This document shows positions 1 to 11,101 of a DNA stretch of 64,000 nt, piece by piece (the stretch's first letter is position 1; each line of letters opens with the position of its first letter). The position numbers and the translations under genes are program-made. Below the pieces are notes generated by a model. It was given only the letters and a program-made list of their open reading frames with translations. It searched no databases and had not been told where the DNA came from. Source of the DNA: an uncultured delta proteobacterium (GTDB lineage Bacteria > Myxococcota_A > Polyangia > Fen-1088); assembly GCA_963737265.1 (NCBI GenBank), contig CAVTRY010000012.1, positions 32,001 through 96,000 of the forward strand, given 5' to 3'.

Positions 1-606
1 GAACTGGTCGATCGATTTGGGCTCGGCCAGGAGGAGTTGAGCCGGCGCTTCGACAAGAGCAAGAGCTGGGTGAGCCGGCGGCTAGCGCTGGTCGCGGCTT
101 TACCGACGGCGATCCAGGACACCGTACGCCAGGGGAAACTGGCGGCACACGCTGCGATGAAGTACTTCGTGCCGTTGGCGCGCGCCAACGAAGAAGTGGC
201 GGTGTCTCTGGCGGCAAAAGCGGCGACGCTGCGACTGAGCACGCGGCAGGTGGGCGCCTTGTACGTGGGCTATGTCTCTGGAAGCGCGCGAACACGCGAG
301 CTGGTGTTGCAAGACCCGCGGATCTTTCTGCGCGTGCAACAGGAGGCACAGCAGAAGAAGGACGCGCCCCAGGGGCCGGTCAAGGAGATTGAAGGCGAAT
401 TGGGTGCGCTGGGCGGGATTGCCCGCCGACTGCACCGGAAGCTGCAACAGGGGCTGTGGCGCAATCTGGATCCCTGCGAGCACGAGGAAATCAGGTCGCA
501 TGTGCAGCGGGCGCGTGCGGATGTGCAGACGTGCCTGGCGAATTTCGACGAGGAGCAAAGTGATGCTGGACCAGAACACGCGAACGTCGATTCTCAAGCT
601 TCGTGA
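1..606 (+). CDS. ParB/Spo0J-like protein, C-terminal part (5' end outside window)
   Basis: Open from base 1. GLGQEELSRRFDKSKSWVSRRLALVAALP resembles the ParB HTH. The 3' end overlaps the istA start. Confidence 0.7.
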   Translation, partial: ELVDRFGLGQEELSRRFDKSKSWVSRRLALVAALPTAIQDTVRQGKLAAHAAMKYFVPLARANEEVAVSLAAKAATLRLSTRQVGALYVGYVSGSARTRELVLQDPRIFLRVQQEAQQKKDAPQGPVKEIEGELGALGGIARRLHRKLQQGLWRNLDPCEHEEIRSHVQRARADVQTCLANFDEEQSDAGPEHANVDSQAS

Positions 607-1993
607 AAAGGGGCACGGCACGCGCAAGATCGCCCGTGCGCTCGGGGTCTCGCGAAAAGCGGTGTGCCGGGTGATCGAAAGTGGAGACGCGGCCGTGCCC
701 ATGATCGAGCGACGAGAGCTGGCCGAGCCCTACCGGGAGCAAATTCTAGAACTGCACGCCGCATGCAAAGGACATCTGGGGCGGGTCCACGAGGAGCTGG
801 TGAAACAGGGCGCGACCTTATCGTACCAGGCCCTGACGGGATTCTGCCGTCGCCACGGGATTGGGTACGAGGCGCCGTTGCCGGCTGGGCGCTACGAATT
901 CGCACCTGGGGAAGAAATGCAGCACGACACTTCACCCCACCGGGCGAAGATGAAAGGCGTGCTGGTCGAAGTAGAGACGGCATCGCTGGTGCTGTGCTAC
1001 TCGCGCATGCTGTATTTCCAGATGTATCCGCGCTTTCGGCGCTTCGAGTGCAAGGTCTTTCTGACCGACGCGCTCGGGTATTTTGGCGGCGCCGCCGGCC
1101 GGTGCATGATCGACAATACGCATGTGGTGGTGCTCAAGGGGACGGGCAAGACCATGGTGCCGGTGCCGGAGATGGTGGCTTTGGGCCAGCGCTTTGGCTT
1201 TGTCTTCGCGGCCCACGAGGTGGGTGATGCCAATCGCTCGGCCCGTGTCGAGGGGCCGTTCAACTGGATCGAAAACAATTTTCTCAACAACCGCGACTTC
1301 AACGACTGGGAGCACCTGAACCGGGAAGCCACCGCCTGGTGTGACAAGGCCAACGCCACCCACAGCAGCAAGCTGCACGGAACCCGGCGCGAGCTCTTCG
1401 CGGTGGAGCAGCCTCGACTGCGACCGCTGCCCATCTTCGTCCCCGAGGTGTACCAGTTGCAGCACCGCTTTGTGGATGTGGAGGGCTACGTGCGCATCAA
1501 CCGCATTCGCTACTCCGCCCCGTACCAGCTCATTGGCCGGCTTCTGGAAGTGCGCGAATTGAAAGATCGGGTCGATGTCTACGATGGCCCTCGGTTAGTG
1601 GCCACGCACCGTCGGGTCCACGGTCCCCTGGATATCCGCGTGACCGATCCGGCGCACCGGCCGGAACGAGGCAGGCTAAAACCCGCCGCGGGACCGCCAC
1701 CCGAAGAAACCGCGATCCTTTCACGCGAGCCAAGGCTCTCCGCCTACGTGGCCGCATGCAAGCAACACGTCGGCGGCCGTGGTGTCCTGGTGTTGCGACG
1801 GCTGCTAGGCATGCTGCGCGAGTACCCGCGCGAGCCCTTGCTCGCGGCTGTCGAACGCGCCCAGCAGTACGGCCTCTATGACCTGGGCCGGCTCGAACGC
1901 CTGGTGCTCGAACAGATCCGGCGTGACTACTTCGTGATGGACGGCCTGTTGCCCGGTGAGAACGACGACGAGGAGAACGACGATGACCGATGA
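563..1993 (+). CDS. istA: IS21-family transposase
   Basis: N-terminal HTH, RYEFAPGEEMQHD, DNT and GDANRSARVE DDE-type motifs, Mu-transposase-like C-terminus (RYSAPYQLIG). AGGAG upstream of ATG 563. Confidence 0.9.
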   Translation: MLDQNTRTSILKLREKGHGTRKIARALGVSRKAVCRVIESGDAAVPMIERRELAEPYREQILELHAACKGHLGRVHEELVKQGATLSYQALTGFCRRHGIGYEAPLPAGRYEFAPGEEMQHDTSPHRAKMKGVLVEVETASLVLCYSRMLYFQMYPRFRRFECKVFLTDALGYFGGAAGRCMIDNTHVVVLKGTGKTMVPVPEMVALGQRFGFVFAAHEVGDANRSARVEGPFNWIENNFLNNRDFNDWEHLNREATAWCDKANATHSSKLHGTRRELFAVEQPRLRPLPIFVPEVYQLQHRFVDVEGYVRINRIRYSAPYQLIGRLLEVRELKDRVDVYDGPRLVATHRRVHGPLDIRVTDPAHRPERGRLKPAAGPPPEETAILSREPRLSAYVAACKQHVGGRGVLVLRRLLGMLREYPREPLLAAVERAQQYGLYDLGRLERLVLEQIRRDYFVMDGLLPGENDDEENDDDR

Positions 1994-2711
1994 CCTCGAC
2001 CAACTGCTCAAGCTGCTGCGCCTCAAGGGGATGTCCGAGATCCTCGACGAGGAAATGCGCAAGGCCGACAAAGAAAGCATGCCCTTTCGCAAGCTGCTGG
2101 CGCGTCTGCTGCGCGCCGAGTGGCAGCACCGGCAAGAGAGCGCGCTGGCCTGGAGGATCAAACACGCGGCCATGCCCGAGAAGTGGAGCATCGAGTCCTT
2201 CCCCTGGAAGAGCCAGCCTGGCGTCAACCAGCGGCAGATCCGCACCTTCGCTGACCTGGACTTCATCCCCAAGGCTGAAAACATCGTGCTCATTGGTCCG
2301 ACCGGCGTGGGTAAGACCGGGCTGGCGTGTGGTCTTCTGCTCAAGGCTCTGCACAATGGCCATTGCGGCGTCTTCGTGCGCGCGCAAGATCTCTTCGACG
2401 AGATGTACGCATCCCTGGCCGACCGCTCGACGCGCAAGCTGCTCAAGTACCTGGCGCGCATTGATGTATTGCTGATTGATGAAATGGGCTATTTGAACGT
2501 GAAGCCCGAGCAAGCCAACATCTTCTTCAAGTTGATGGAAGAACGGTACCGTCGCTTTCCAACCATCATCACCACCAATCTTGATTACGACGATTGGTAC
2601 AGCTTCCTGGGCAATAAGCCCCTGGTCGAAGCACTGCTCAGCCGCTTGCGCCACCAGTGCCACACGGTGAAGATCGACGGCCCCTCCCTGCGCACGCCGG
2701 CCGCCCCCTGA
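1983..2711 (+). CDS. istB: IS21-family helper ATPase
   Basis: Walker A GPTGVGKT, Walker B LLIDEMGY, IITTN, GPSLR. Overlaps the istA end. Confidence 0.92.
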   Translation: MTDDLDQLLKLLRLKGMSEILDEEMRKADKESMPFRKLLARLLRAEWQHRQESALAWRIKHAAMPEKWSIESFPWKSQPGVNQRQIRTFADLDFIPKAENIVLIGPTGVGKTGLACGLLLKALHNGHCGVFVRAQDLFDEMYASLADRSTRKLLKYLARIDVLLIDEMGYLNVKPEQANIFFKLMEERYRRFPTIITTNLDYDDWYSFLGNKPLVEALLSRLRHQCHTVKIDGPSLRTPAAP

Positions 2712-2736
2712 CCTCGATCCCGAGAGCACCGCAGCC

Positions 2737-2949
2737 ATGAGCCCCAGAACACTGCCGCACATCGTCTCCTTCGCCATCCCCGCCATCGAGCCACGCCAGG
2801 CCGAGGCACTCATGGACCTGCTCGGACAACTACAGGCCGCACTGTGGGATGCATACGGTGAAGCCATCCTCGCAACCGCGGACGACCCTCTCCAAGACAT
2901 CGACCAAGACGAGCCCACGTCAGATCCCGGCGACGCCTCGCCTTTCTGA
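2737..2949 (+). CDS. Small acidic accessory protein of the IS21 element
   Basis: 70-aa ORF directly after istB with an acidic tail ending in PF, inside the presumed element boundary. Confidence 0.5.
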   Translation: MSPRTLPHIVSFAIPAIEPRQAEALMDLLGQLQAALWDAYGEAILATADDPLQDIDQDEPTSDPGDASPF

Positions 2950-3129
2950 CCCGCCCTTGTCCCGCCATCGCTTGGCTGGGTGACAACCGCTGGCCTCGCC
3001 ACGCGCCGTCGCTGCGTCCGTCTTTCACGTCCACGTGTCCATTCCCGGCCGCGATCGCAGTACCGATCTCTGTTTCGCCCAGGGCCTCTTTCTGCGGAAC
3101 GAGACTGGCCTCCTCCTGCGGAGCGGCTC

Positions 3130-3311
3130 AGCCGGCGGGAGAGGCGCCAGCGGTGGCCGCTGCCAACAAGCGGGCCAGGAGCGGATCCTTCTCGCCCATG
3201 GTTTCGTCGGTGACGACGGTGACCTCACCGTCGCCGGGGGCGGTGACGAGGGTGATGACCCCGCGACGCTTTAGGAAGCGGAGGATGCGCTTACTGGCGC
3301 GCGCGACGATG
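3130..3311 (-). pseudogene. IS91-family transposase internal fragment (inverted)
   Basis: Reverse complement closely matches 46840-47085 (ARASKRILRFLKRRGVITLVTAPGDGEVTVVTDE). Confidence 0.8.
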
Positions 3312-3362
3312 CAGGCTTCCGTCCGCGCGTCTGCGGGCCACGTCGATGACGGTCAAGGCGAG

Positions 3363-3716
3363 CACACCGTCTGCCCTCGCTGCAAAACACCTCTGCGCCT
3401 CATCGCCATGATCGAGACCGAGGACACCATCAAGAAAATCCTCAAGGCCATGGGCCTGCCCACCTGTGCGCCAAAACTCTGGCCCGCACGACCGCCTCCC
3501 TCGCAATCTGGTGGCGAGGGCGGAGACTGGCTGAACTGACGGCACGTCGACAAGGGCGGGATCGAGTAGACTGCCTCGCGTGCTCGAAAACGCTCGAAAA
3601 CGCCCCGTCAGGCCCCAGAAACCCGGTCAAGTTCGCTGCGCGGTCGTGATAGGTCCCCACCTGATGCGGTCCGGCATGGTTCTCCGACGCTCAGAAAACC
3701 CCTTTGATTCGACTAT
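3363..3716 (+). mobile_element. IS91-family 3' fragment: transposase C-terminus plus oriIS-like end (copy 1)
   Basis: TVCPRCKTPLRLIAMIE...WPARPPP (stop 3539). Near-identical to 13889-14242. Ends CCTTTGATTCGACTAT before GGTC. Confidence 0.8.
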
Positions 3717-4245
3717 GGTCCTGCCCAGGTTGGTCACGTTTACACCCACGATGGTGCGCGGGCCGCCCATCTCCGAACCGGCAACCGCGTACTGCACGTT
3801 GTATCCGGGGCGGAAGCCGCCATCGCCCATCTTCATCACCCGGGCCTCGGCGTCAGTCGTCGACGCGCGGGCAGGTGAGTCCGACGGTGACCGGTGCGAC
3901 TGAAGCTCCGTCACCGTCGCGATCGCGGCCTCCACGCGACCCTCATAGTCCCTGGCCGCCGCCGCCCGCGCCGCATGCTGAGCGCGCGTGTACTCCGGGT
4001 CGTCCGCCGCGGCCAGCACCGCCTTCAGGTGCAGCTTGGCCTGCTGCCGGCATTGCAAGAGCGAACCGTAGCTCCGAAACGGCGGTGCGCTGGCCGCCGC
4101 TCGTGTCCGCGTCCCATCCTGTGCTACCACCGCCAGTGACAGCAGCCCCTGGTTCATCAGTGTCGCCAGGACGTTGGTCATCAATTCGTTGAGCGCCTCC
4201 CCGTGCCCTACGCGAAAACGCGACAGCGTCTGGTGGCTGAGCGCT
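3717..4245 (-). pseudogene. IS1182-family transposase fragment
   Basis: SHQTLSRFR, AQDGTRTRA and ASTTDAEARVMKMGDGGFRPGYNVQYA motifs. Both ends missing. Confidence 0.8.
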
Positions 4246-4414
4246 CTTTGGCTGGCACCCCGGTGCAGATTTCATCCGCGAGGGCAGCGTACTGCGCCGC
4301 CGATGTCTTCGCATTCGTTCCTGCAGCGCCAGTCTCGGCGTAGGCCGCAGCCCCCAGAGGGCTAGCAACGCCGACAACAACTAGCGAGAGCAATGTCCTT
4401 ACTTTAGTAGTCAT
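4245..4414 (-). pseudogene. N-terminal fragment of a secreted protein
   Basis: AGGAG RBS and signal peptide MTTKVRTLLSLVVVGVASPLGAAAYA, cut off by the IS1182 fragment. Confidence 0.45.
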
Positions 4415-4697
4415 GATGAATTCTCCTAGCTCCAGCCTTCTTTCGAGGCTGTGGATAAGACTCGTCAGCCGGATTAAAGGAGCGTTAAAACGCGATCGTG
4501 TGACGCCTCCTTATTGAGGCTGTCGACGCGCGGACAGATTTCTTCCCCTCGCCACCGGGTGGGCTCCTGGCACCCGGTGATGCTGGTGAAAATGGCACCC
4601 TCGGTCACCGCTGCGCCGCTGGCAACAGGCAATGGCCCAAACAGGAGAAACTAGGTCGTCTCCTCGGTGGAAAGACCCTCCACCTCGTGCACCCGCA

Positions 4698-7600
4698 TTA
4701 CCCTTTCGGGTTGCGCGGGGAAGGAGGCAGGTCCGCAAGCAACTGTTCGAGCTCTTCGAGGCTGGGTGGCTTGGCAAGATGCCGTTCGAACCCAGCCTGG
4801 GCCGAGCGCTGCTGGTCATCCGGGCTGGCGTACCCGGTCAGGGCCACGAGGAAGACTCCCTTGAGCGCGGCCTCAGCGCGGAATAGCCGCGCCACCTCGT
4901 AGCCATCCATCCCAACCAACCCGATGTCGCAAAGCACGACTTCCGGTTTGAATTCGCGCGCTCTGGCGATGCCCTCCGATCCCGTAGAAGCGATCGTAAC
5001 CTCGTGTCCACCTAGCTCGAGCGCCTCTCTCAGGCTTTGGGCGGAATCGACATTGTCTTCAATGATTAGAATTCGACGCCTGGAATGGGGCTCGGTCGGA
5101 GGGGAGGCGCTACCCGGCCCAGTTCCGGACGCTTCCCGCTCGATCGGTAGTCGCACCGTGAACTCGGCACCGGTTTCCGCACCATCGCTGTTGGCTGTCA
5201 CGGTGCCGCCGTGGAGCTCCACGAGTCCCTTGACGAGGGCGAGCCCCAGACCTAGGCCGCCTCGGCTACGGTCGAGCGTCCTGTCAGCTTGGATGAATGG
5301 CTCAAAGAGATGCGGCAGCATCTCAGCGCCTATTCCAACGCCGGAGTCGCGAACGCGGATGACTGCCACCCCTGCGACAAGATCCTTCTCGACCGAGATC
5401 GAAGTCTTTCCGCCCCGGCCCGTGAATTTGGAGGCGTTTTGCAGAAGATTGCCAATGACCTGCACAAGACGGGCCCCGTCGCCCTTCATCCAGATACGAT
5501 CCTCGGTAATCTGGACGTTAAGCTCCACTTCGTTTTGCGTGAACAGCAACCGATGATCCTCGACGGTGCGCCGAACCAGTTCGCAGAGCTCCAGCCGCTC
5601 ACACTGCAGACTGACCTTGCCCCGAGAGATCCGAGTCGTGTCGAGGAGGTCATCGATCAACCGAGTCATATGAGTCGTCTGCCGATCGATGATTCTGTGC
5701 GCCCGTTGCGCTTGTTCGCTACCTGGGACCGCTCGGTCCAGGATGTAGAGGCTGTTGCGGATGGGCGCAAGGGGGTTGCGCAGTTCATGGGAGAGCATGG
5801 CAATAAATTCGTTCTTGCGCTTATCAGCCTCCTCAAGGCCACACCGCGCTTCGACATGCTGGGAAGCGAGCGACGCTACGGCGGCGAGCTGTCGCAAAAA
5901 GGTCTCGTCTTCTTCGGTAAAATCGCCTTTCTCCTTGTCGGTTACCAGGATCATCCCATTCGTCCGCCCACGAATGTCCACCACACGTGCGCCGAGCAGT
6001 CCGCGCATGGGAACGTGCTCATCCGGCAACCCCCACCAGCGGGGATCTGCGCGCATCTCTGCGTCGGTAAGACGGATGCTCTCGGCGGCGCCTGCGACAA
6101 GCTCCGAATAAACGCCGCCCTTTTCGATCAAGAATTTCTTGCTTGGGGGACAGTCAGGCGTTCCCGTTCTCCGCGCCGAACTGCCAATGACAAATTGGCC
6201 ACCTACATAGCCATGGCCCACGACCGCGCTGCGTGCCCCGGTCAGTCCGAGCGCCGCTGTTGCGACCGTTTGGAGCATGCCATCGAGGGTCGTTTCGCGC
6301 ATTACCCCAAGCGAGTTTTCGACCAGGCGGTGAAGGCCCAGGCGTGAACCTTCGAGGGCAAGTTCGGCATTTTTGCCTTCGGTGATGTCGTGTATCACCG
6401 TCAGAACGAAGTTCTCCCCGCCGATGTCCACCCGATCGAGATTGATCGATAGAACGAGCCGGGCGCCGGATTTCGTGAGGCGTGAACATTCGAAGGCGCG
6501 GACCAAACCGCGCTGCTGCAGCTCGGCAGAAACACGTGTTTGCGACTCGACGTCAGCGATGCCGAGTTCCAGGCTGGTCTTTCCGAGAATCTCCTCGCGG
6601 GCACACTCGAACAGTCTCAAGAAGGCATCGTTGGCGCTCACAATGGTGCCATCCGCAAATTTCGTCAGCGCAATGGCGAACGGTGCATTATCGTGAATTG
6701 CAGAGAACCTTTGTTCGCTTTCCTGCAGTGCCTGCGTTGCGTGCTTGCTTTCGGTAATGTCTCGGTCCGACTCGAGGACGCGCTCGACGCCGTCGTCGCC
6801 CCGTACGAGTTGAAGCTTCGCCGAAACCACGACCGTCTGGCCGTCCTTGGTCTGGTTCGTGAGATCGCCGCTCCAACGTCCGTGTTTGCGCAGCGCGGTC
6901 TCGATTTCCGAGTTAGGGCATGGGTGAACCGTGTGTAGCAGTTCGTGCACCGCTTGTCCTCGGGTCTCCTCGATCGCGAAGCCGTAAAGCTCCTCGGCTC
7001 CGCGATTCCAGGTCTCGATACCGCCATCGAAACGCCGGACGAAGACGGCATCGGGCGAGAGCTTGAGGAGTTGGCCGTAGCGACGCTCGGCCTCCTCGGA
7101 GCGCAGTAGACCAGTGACATCTACAAATGTTAAGCCAACACCTGCAAGGCTGCCGTTCTGGATACGATACGGCAGGATGCGCATGAGAAACCAATTCTCG
7201 TCGTCGGTTGCCCGAATGTGCCGTTCGATGCCTTGTTCGGTCTGTAAGACGGTCTCAGCATCCGCGAACAGACTCGGGTGATGCACGCGGGGCGAGAGGT
7301 CGCTGATAGGACGTCCCACGTCACCCTCAACGAGGTGAAAGAGCGCAGTTGCTGCCGGCGTGAACCTCACGACGCGTAAGCTGCGATCGAGAAAGATGGT
7401 TGCGATCTTCGAGCTCGCCTGGTGGCTCTGCAGGTCGCTCTGGGCGATGTCGAGCGCCTGCATCTTCTCGCGCAGCTCATCGTTGACGGTTTGCAACTCT
7501 TCGCGCGAGCTTTGCAGTTCCTCGTTGGCGGATTGCAGTTCCTCGTTGGTCGAGAGCAACTCCTCGTTGGTGGACTTGAGCTCTTCGTTTGACGTTTCGA

Positions 7601-8738
7601 GGTCTTCGGTGAATGACTGGAGATCGGCGCGTATGGTGCGGTTCTCGTCCTCAAGTTGTTCGATGAGAAAGCGGTCGCGGCCCGGTCGTGTCTCGCCCGT
7701 GCTCTCGACATCGGGCACGACTTCGCTTTCTTGTAGCACCACCACATAGAGACCGGCGTCGGAAGGAAGACCGGGCAATGGTCGCACGGTCAGGCACAAG
7801 TGGCGAGCGTCGCCGCTCGTGTCGATAGGATCGACAGGGACATTCCTGCGCACGACGGGCAGTCGAGTCTTCGCGGCAGCCGCAAGGGCGGTGCGCAGTT
7901 CGAGACGCAGGCCGGTTTGCACCTGGTCGAGCAGGTTGTTGGTCGGCGCACCCTCGCGGGCTTGCAAGCAGCGGCTCGTTCTGCCCGCGAGATACAGGAT
8001 CTCGCCGCGCTCGTTCACTACAACGCAGGGCGGGGCATACTCCTCGCGAATCATCTTCTCTAAGGATTGGCTGAGCATCGGCAGCTGGCCGAGTGATCCC
8101 GCCTTCAGGGAGGACGTTGCCGAAACGCCCCGGGAAGGAGAGAGGCCGCCCAAAGGAAACTCGGGTGCCCGGACCAGTGCCTCCTTTCGACGAAAGAGCC
8201 GATGCTCGTGACTTACCTGGGTGAATAGGTCGTCGTGGGCCGCAAGGTCTTCCGATGGCCCGAGAAGGAGACATCCACCGGAGCGCAACGCGAAATGAAA
8301 CAGCGGCACCAGTTTCTTCTGCAGATCGGCGCTCAGGTAGATGAACACGTTTCGGCACGAGATAAGATCAAGGAAGAGAAAAGGTGGATCCTTGATGAGG
8401 CTATGCACCGAAAACGTGCACATATCCCGGAGCTCCTTCGCAACCAGGAAGGTGTTCTCCTCTCGGACGAAAAAGCGTTCAAGGCGTTCGAGAGAAACGT
8501 GCTGGCGAATCTCGTCCGCGTAGCGGCCATGCCGCGCGGTCGCCACGAGCTCGCTGTCGATATCGGTCGCGAAGATTTGGACCGCTCGCGATGATTGTTT
8601 GCGCGCAAGGTATTCGCGCGCGAGTATAGCTATCGAATAGGCTTCCTCGCCCGAAGCACAGCCTGGAACCCAGATGCGTGCGGGTGTGTTCGGATCGCCG
8701 CTTTCAAGGATCGCCGGGAGGCAAAGTTGTGCGAGGGC
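4698..8738 (-). pseudogene. CheR-PAS-GAF-histidine kinase-receiver part of a CheB/CheR hybrid kinase split by IS3
   Basis: WVPGCASGEEAYS, DLISCRNVFIY, NEEL heptads, PAS repeats, SHELRNPL H-box, GGLGLGL, terminal REC. Confidence 0.9.
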
Positions 8739-8806
8739 TGAAGTGGACCCCAAAAATGGGACCAGGAGCTAAGGTGTAGTCCGCCTCAACAACGAGGCAG
8801 GACACG

Positions 8807-9100
8807 ATGAAAACGAACCGCCAAAAGCACACAGCACTCTTCAAGGCGCAGGTAGCTCTCGAAGCCATGCGGGAGCAGGCAACGGTTGTGGAGATCGGGC
8901 GCCGATACAAGATCAACCCGAACCTGGTTCACAAGTGGAAGAAGGAAGCCGTCACACGGCTGGCCATGGTTTTCGAACCAGGCCATGCAAATGCAGAGGA
9001 ATCGGCGAACGCCGAACGCGAATCGGAATTGCTGCGCAAGGTGGGGCAGCTGACGCTGGAGAATGATTTTTTAGCACGCGGGCTCGCGCGCATTCGCTGA
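8807..9100 (+). CDS. IS3 transposase OrfA
   Basis: FKAQVALEA HTH, ELLRKVGQLTLENDFL zipper, slippery ATTTTTT near 9066. Confidence 0.9.
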   Translation: MKTNRQKHTALFKAQVALEAMREQATVVEIGRRYKINPNLVHKWKKEAVTRLAMVFEPGHANAEESANAERESELLRKVGQLTLENDFLARGLARIR

Positions 9101-9114
9101 CGGAGAAGCGCGCC

Positions 9115-9951
9115 ATGATCGAGCCCCACAACGACCTATCTGTCCGTCGGCAGTGCGAGCTGCTGAATCTTGCGAGATCGGGCATCTACTGGGAGCCGAT
9201 GCCGATGGCAGAGGAAGATCTGGCCATCTGCAAGGAGCTGGACAAGCTGCATCTCGAATTGCCAGCATTCGGCAGCCGGAAGCTGTCACGGTTGCTAAAG
9301 GCACAGGGGCAGACGGTGAATCGCAAACGGGTGCAGAGACTGATGCGAATCATGGGCATCGAAGCGCTGGCGCCCAAACCACGGACGACCGTCCCCGCGC
9401 CGGAACATACGAAATTCCCGTACTTGCTGCGCCATCTCGCGATCATTCGGCCCAATCAGGTGTGGGCCTCGGATATCACGTACATCCCGACGAGACAGGG
9501 GCATTGCTACCTGGTCGCCGTGATGGATTGGTACACGCGCCGGGTTCTGTCCTGGCGCATTTCAAACACGATGGACAGCCGTTTTTGCATCGAGGTCGTG
9601 GAAGAAGCTCTTGCGAACTTCGGCTTGCCGGAGATCTTCAACACCGACCAGGGGTCGCAGTTTACCGACGACAACTTCACATCGGTTTTGCTGGACAAGG
9701 GCGTAAAGGTCAGCATGGACGGTCGCGGCCGATTCATGGACAACATCTTCGTCGAGCGTCTATGGCGGTCTGTCAAATGCGAGGAGGTCTACTTGAACGA
9801 CTACCGAGACGTGGCCGACGCCCGCAGTGGCATCGCGATCTACCTGGACAAGTACAACCACAGGCGGCCTCACCAAACCCTTGGATTTCAGACACCCGTA
9901 GCGTTTTACGAATTCGAACTAAAGAAGTCGGCGATGAAAGAGGCCGCCTAA
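9115..9951 (+). CDS. IS3 transposase OrfB (DDE integrase core), probably fused to OrfA by -1 frameshift
   Basis: NQVWASDITYI, FNTDQGSQFT, DNIFVERLWRSVK. Confidence 0.92.
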   Translation: MIEPHNDLSVRRQCELLNLARSGIYWEPMPMAEEDLAICKELDKLHLELPAFGSRKLSRLLKAQGQTVNRKRVQRLMRIMGIEALAPKPRTTVPAPEHTKFPYLLRHLAIIRPNQVWASDITYIPTRQGHCYLVAVMDWYTRRVLSWRISNTMDSRFCIEVVEEALANFGLPEIFNTDQGSQFTDDNFTSVLLDKGVKVSMDGRGRFMDNIFVERLWRSVKCEEVYLNDYRDVADARSGIAIYLDKYNHRRPHQTLGFQTPVAFYEFELKKSAMKEAA

Positions 9952-10174
9952 ATCGCCGCTGCATCATGCTGATGGCACGCTGCCCACAACTGCAACGCGT
10001 TCACCTGCTTCTGTGGGGCCGTGCGCGCATTGCATCCGTGGACAGCAGCCATCAGCATGCCTCCGCTCTCAACAATTTCCTTGCCGGCGAGGCTCACCCG
10101 GATCTACAAACAAACCCACGCGGACTCTCTCTTAGCTCGGGCCATTTCTGGTCCTACCAAAGGGGTCCACTTCA

Positions 10175-11101
10175 GGCTTCGAACGCGTCCGCATCACGAA
10201 AGAAGTGCGTAACGCCGATCGAGAGATCCCGGACCAGCGCTTCCGCCTCTGCCACTTCCCGATCGAGGCGCTTGACGTAGTCGACGACCGAAGTAGCGTT
10301 TTGGATCCGGACACGTCGTCCGATTCGGCGAACCAGCGTGCCTTGCTTGTAGCGACCGAAATCGTGCCCCGTTTGCCGCAGCAAGATCTCACAGATGATT
10401 TGCAGGTGCGTAGTGATCTCGGCGTCGAACTGCTCAGCTGCCCCGCGCTGGTCCTCGGCCAAGTTGTGTGCGTGGGCCAGCAGGCGCGCAGGCATCTCCT
10501 CGACGAGCAGGGCATCGTCCACAAGCCCAGCTGCAATCGCGCTTTCCGGCATGCCCTCGTACTTGGCGGACTCAGGAGCTTGAGCGAGGGTCATGCCCCC
10601 GTGGTCCTTGATGGCGCGCAGGCCGCTGGTGCCATCGGTTCCGGTTCCCGACAGAACGATCCCGACAGCCGCCTCGCCTTGATCTTGGGCAAGGGAGCGA
10701 AAAAATGCATCTACTGGCGCGCGCACGCCAGCCTCGGCTGGTTTGGTGACCTTGAGGACGCCTCGCTCCAGCATTAGCACGGCATTCGGCGGGATCACAT
10801 AGACGTGGTTGGGACGAGCCCGCACGCCTTCCTCTGCCTGTTCGACGGGCATCTGCGTATACTTGCCAAGCAGCTCAGCGAGCACACTGGGATGGTGACG
10901 TTCGAGATGCTGGACAACCACGAAGGCGATCCCGCTGTCCTCGGGCACGTGGGCGAAGAACCGCTTCAGCGCCTCCAGCGCCCCCGCAGAGGCGCCGATG
11001 CCAACGAAGAGGCCACGCAGTGACCCCGGATTGGCCGTCCGCAGGTCGCTCGAACCGGATACCGTTGAGGGCCCTTTCACTAGAGCCCTTCGGTGCGCCA
11101 T
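10175..11101 (-). pseudogene. CheB methylesterase N-terminal part of the IS3-interrupted hybrid kinase
   Basis: GIGASAGA, VQHL, LSGTGTDG. Removing IS3 and one GGC restores FFRDADAFEA-LAQLCLP in frame. Confidence 0.9.

Larger units (their letters stand above)
1..3059 (+). mobile_element. IS21-family element with ParB-like ORF (left end outside window)
   Basis: parB-istA-istB-small ORF. Candidate right end ...cccggccgcgatcgCA at 3059 is tentative. Confidence 0.7.
8739..10174 (+). mobile_element. IS3-family insertion sequence, copy 1 (1436 bp)
   Basis: TIRs TGAAGTGGACCCC / GGGGTCCACTTCA. 3-bp TSD GGC at 8736-8738 and 10175-10177. Confidence 0.95.

Noticed and set aside
1530-3002. Long antisense or alternative-frame ORFs (also 5289-6347, 9153-10280, 17137-18864, 18426-19823, 52141-53388 as whole proteins)
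   Set aside because: These are shadow frames in GC-rich DNA or read-through across fragment junctions.
7490-7600. Approximate 21-nt periodic repeat
   Set aside because: It encodes the NEELQS coiled-coil heptads typical of CheB/CheR fusions.
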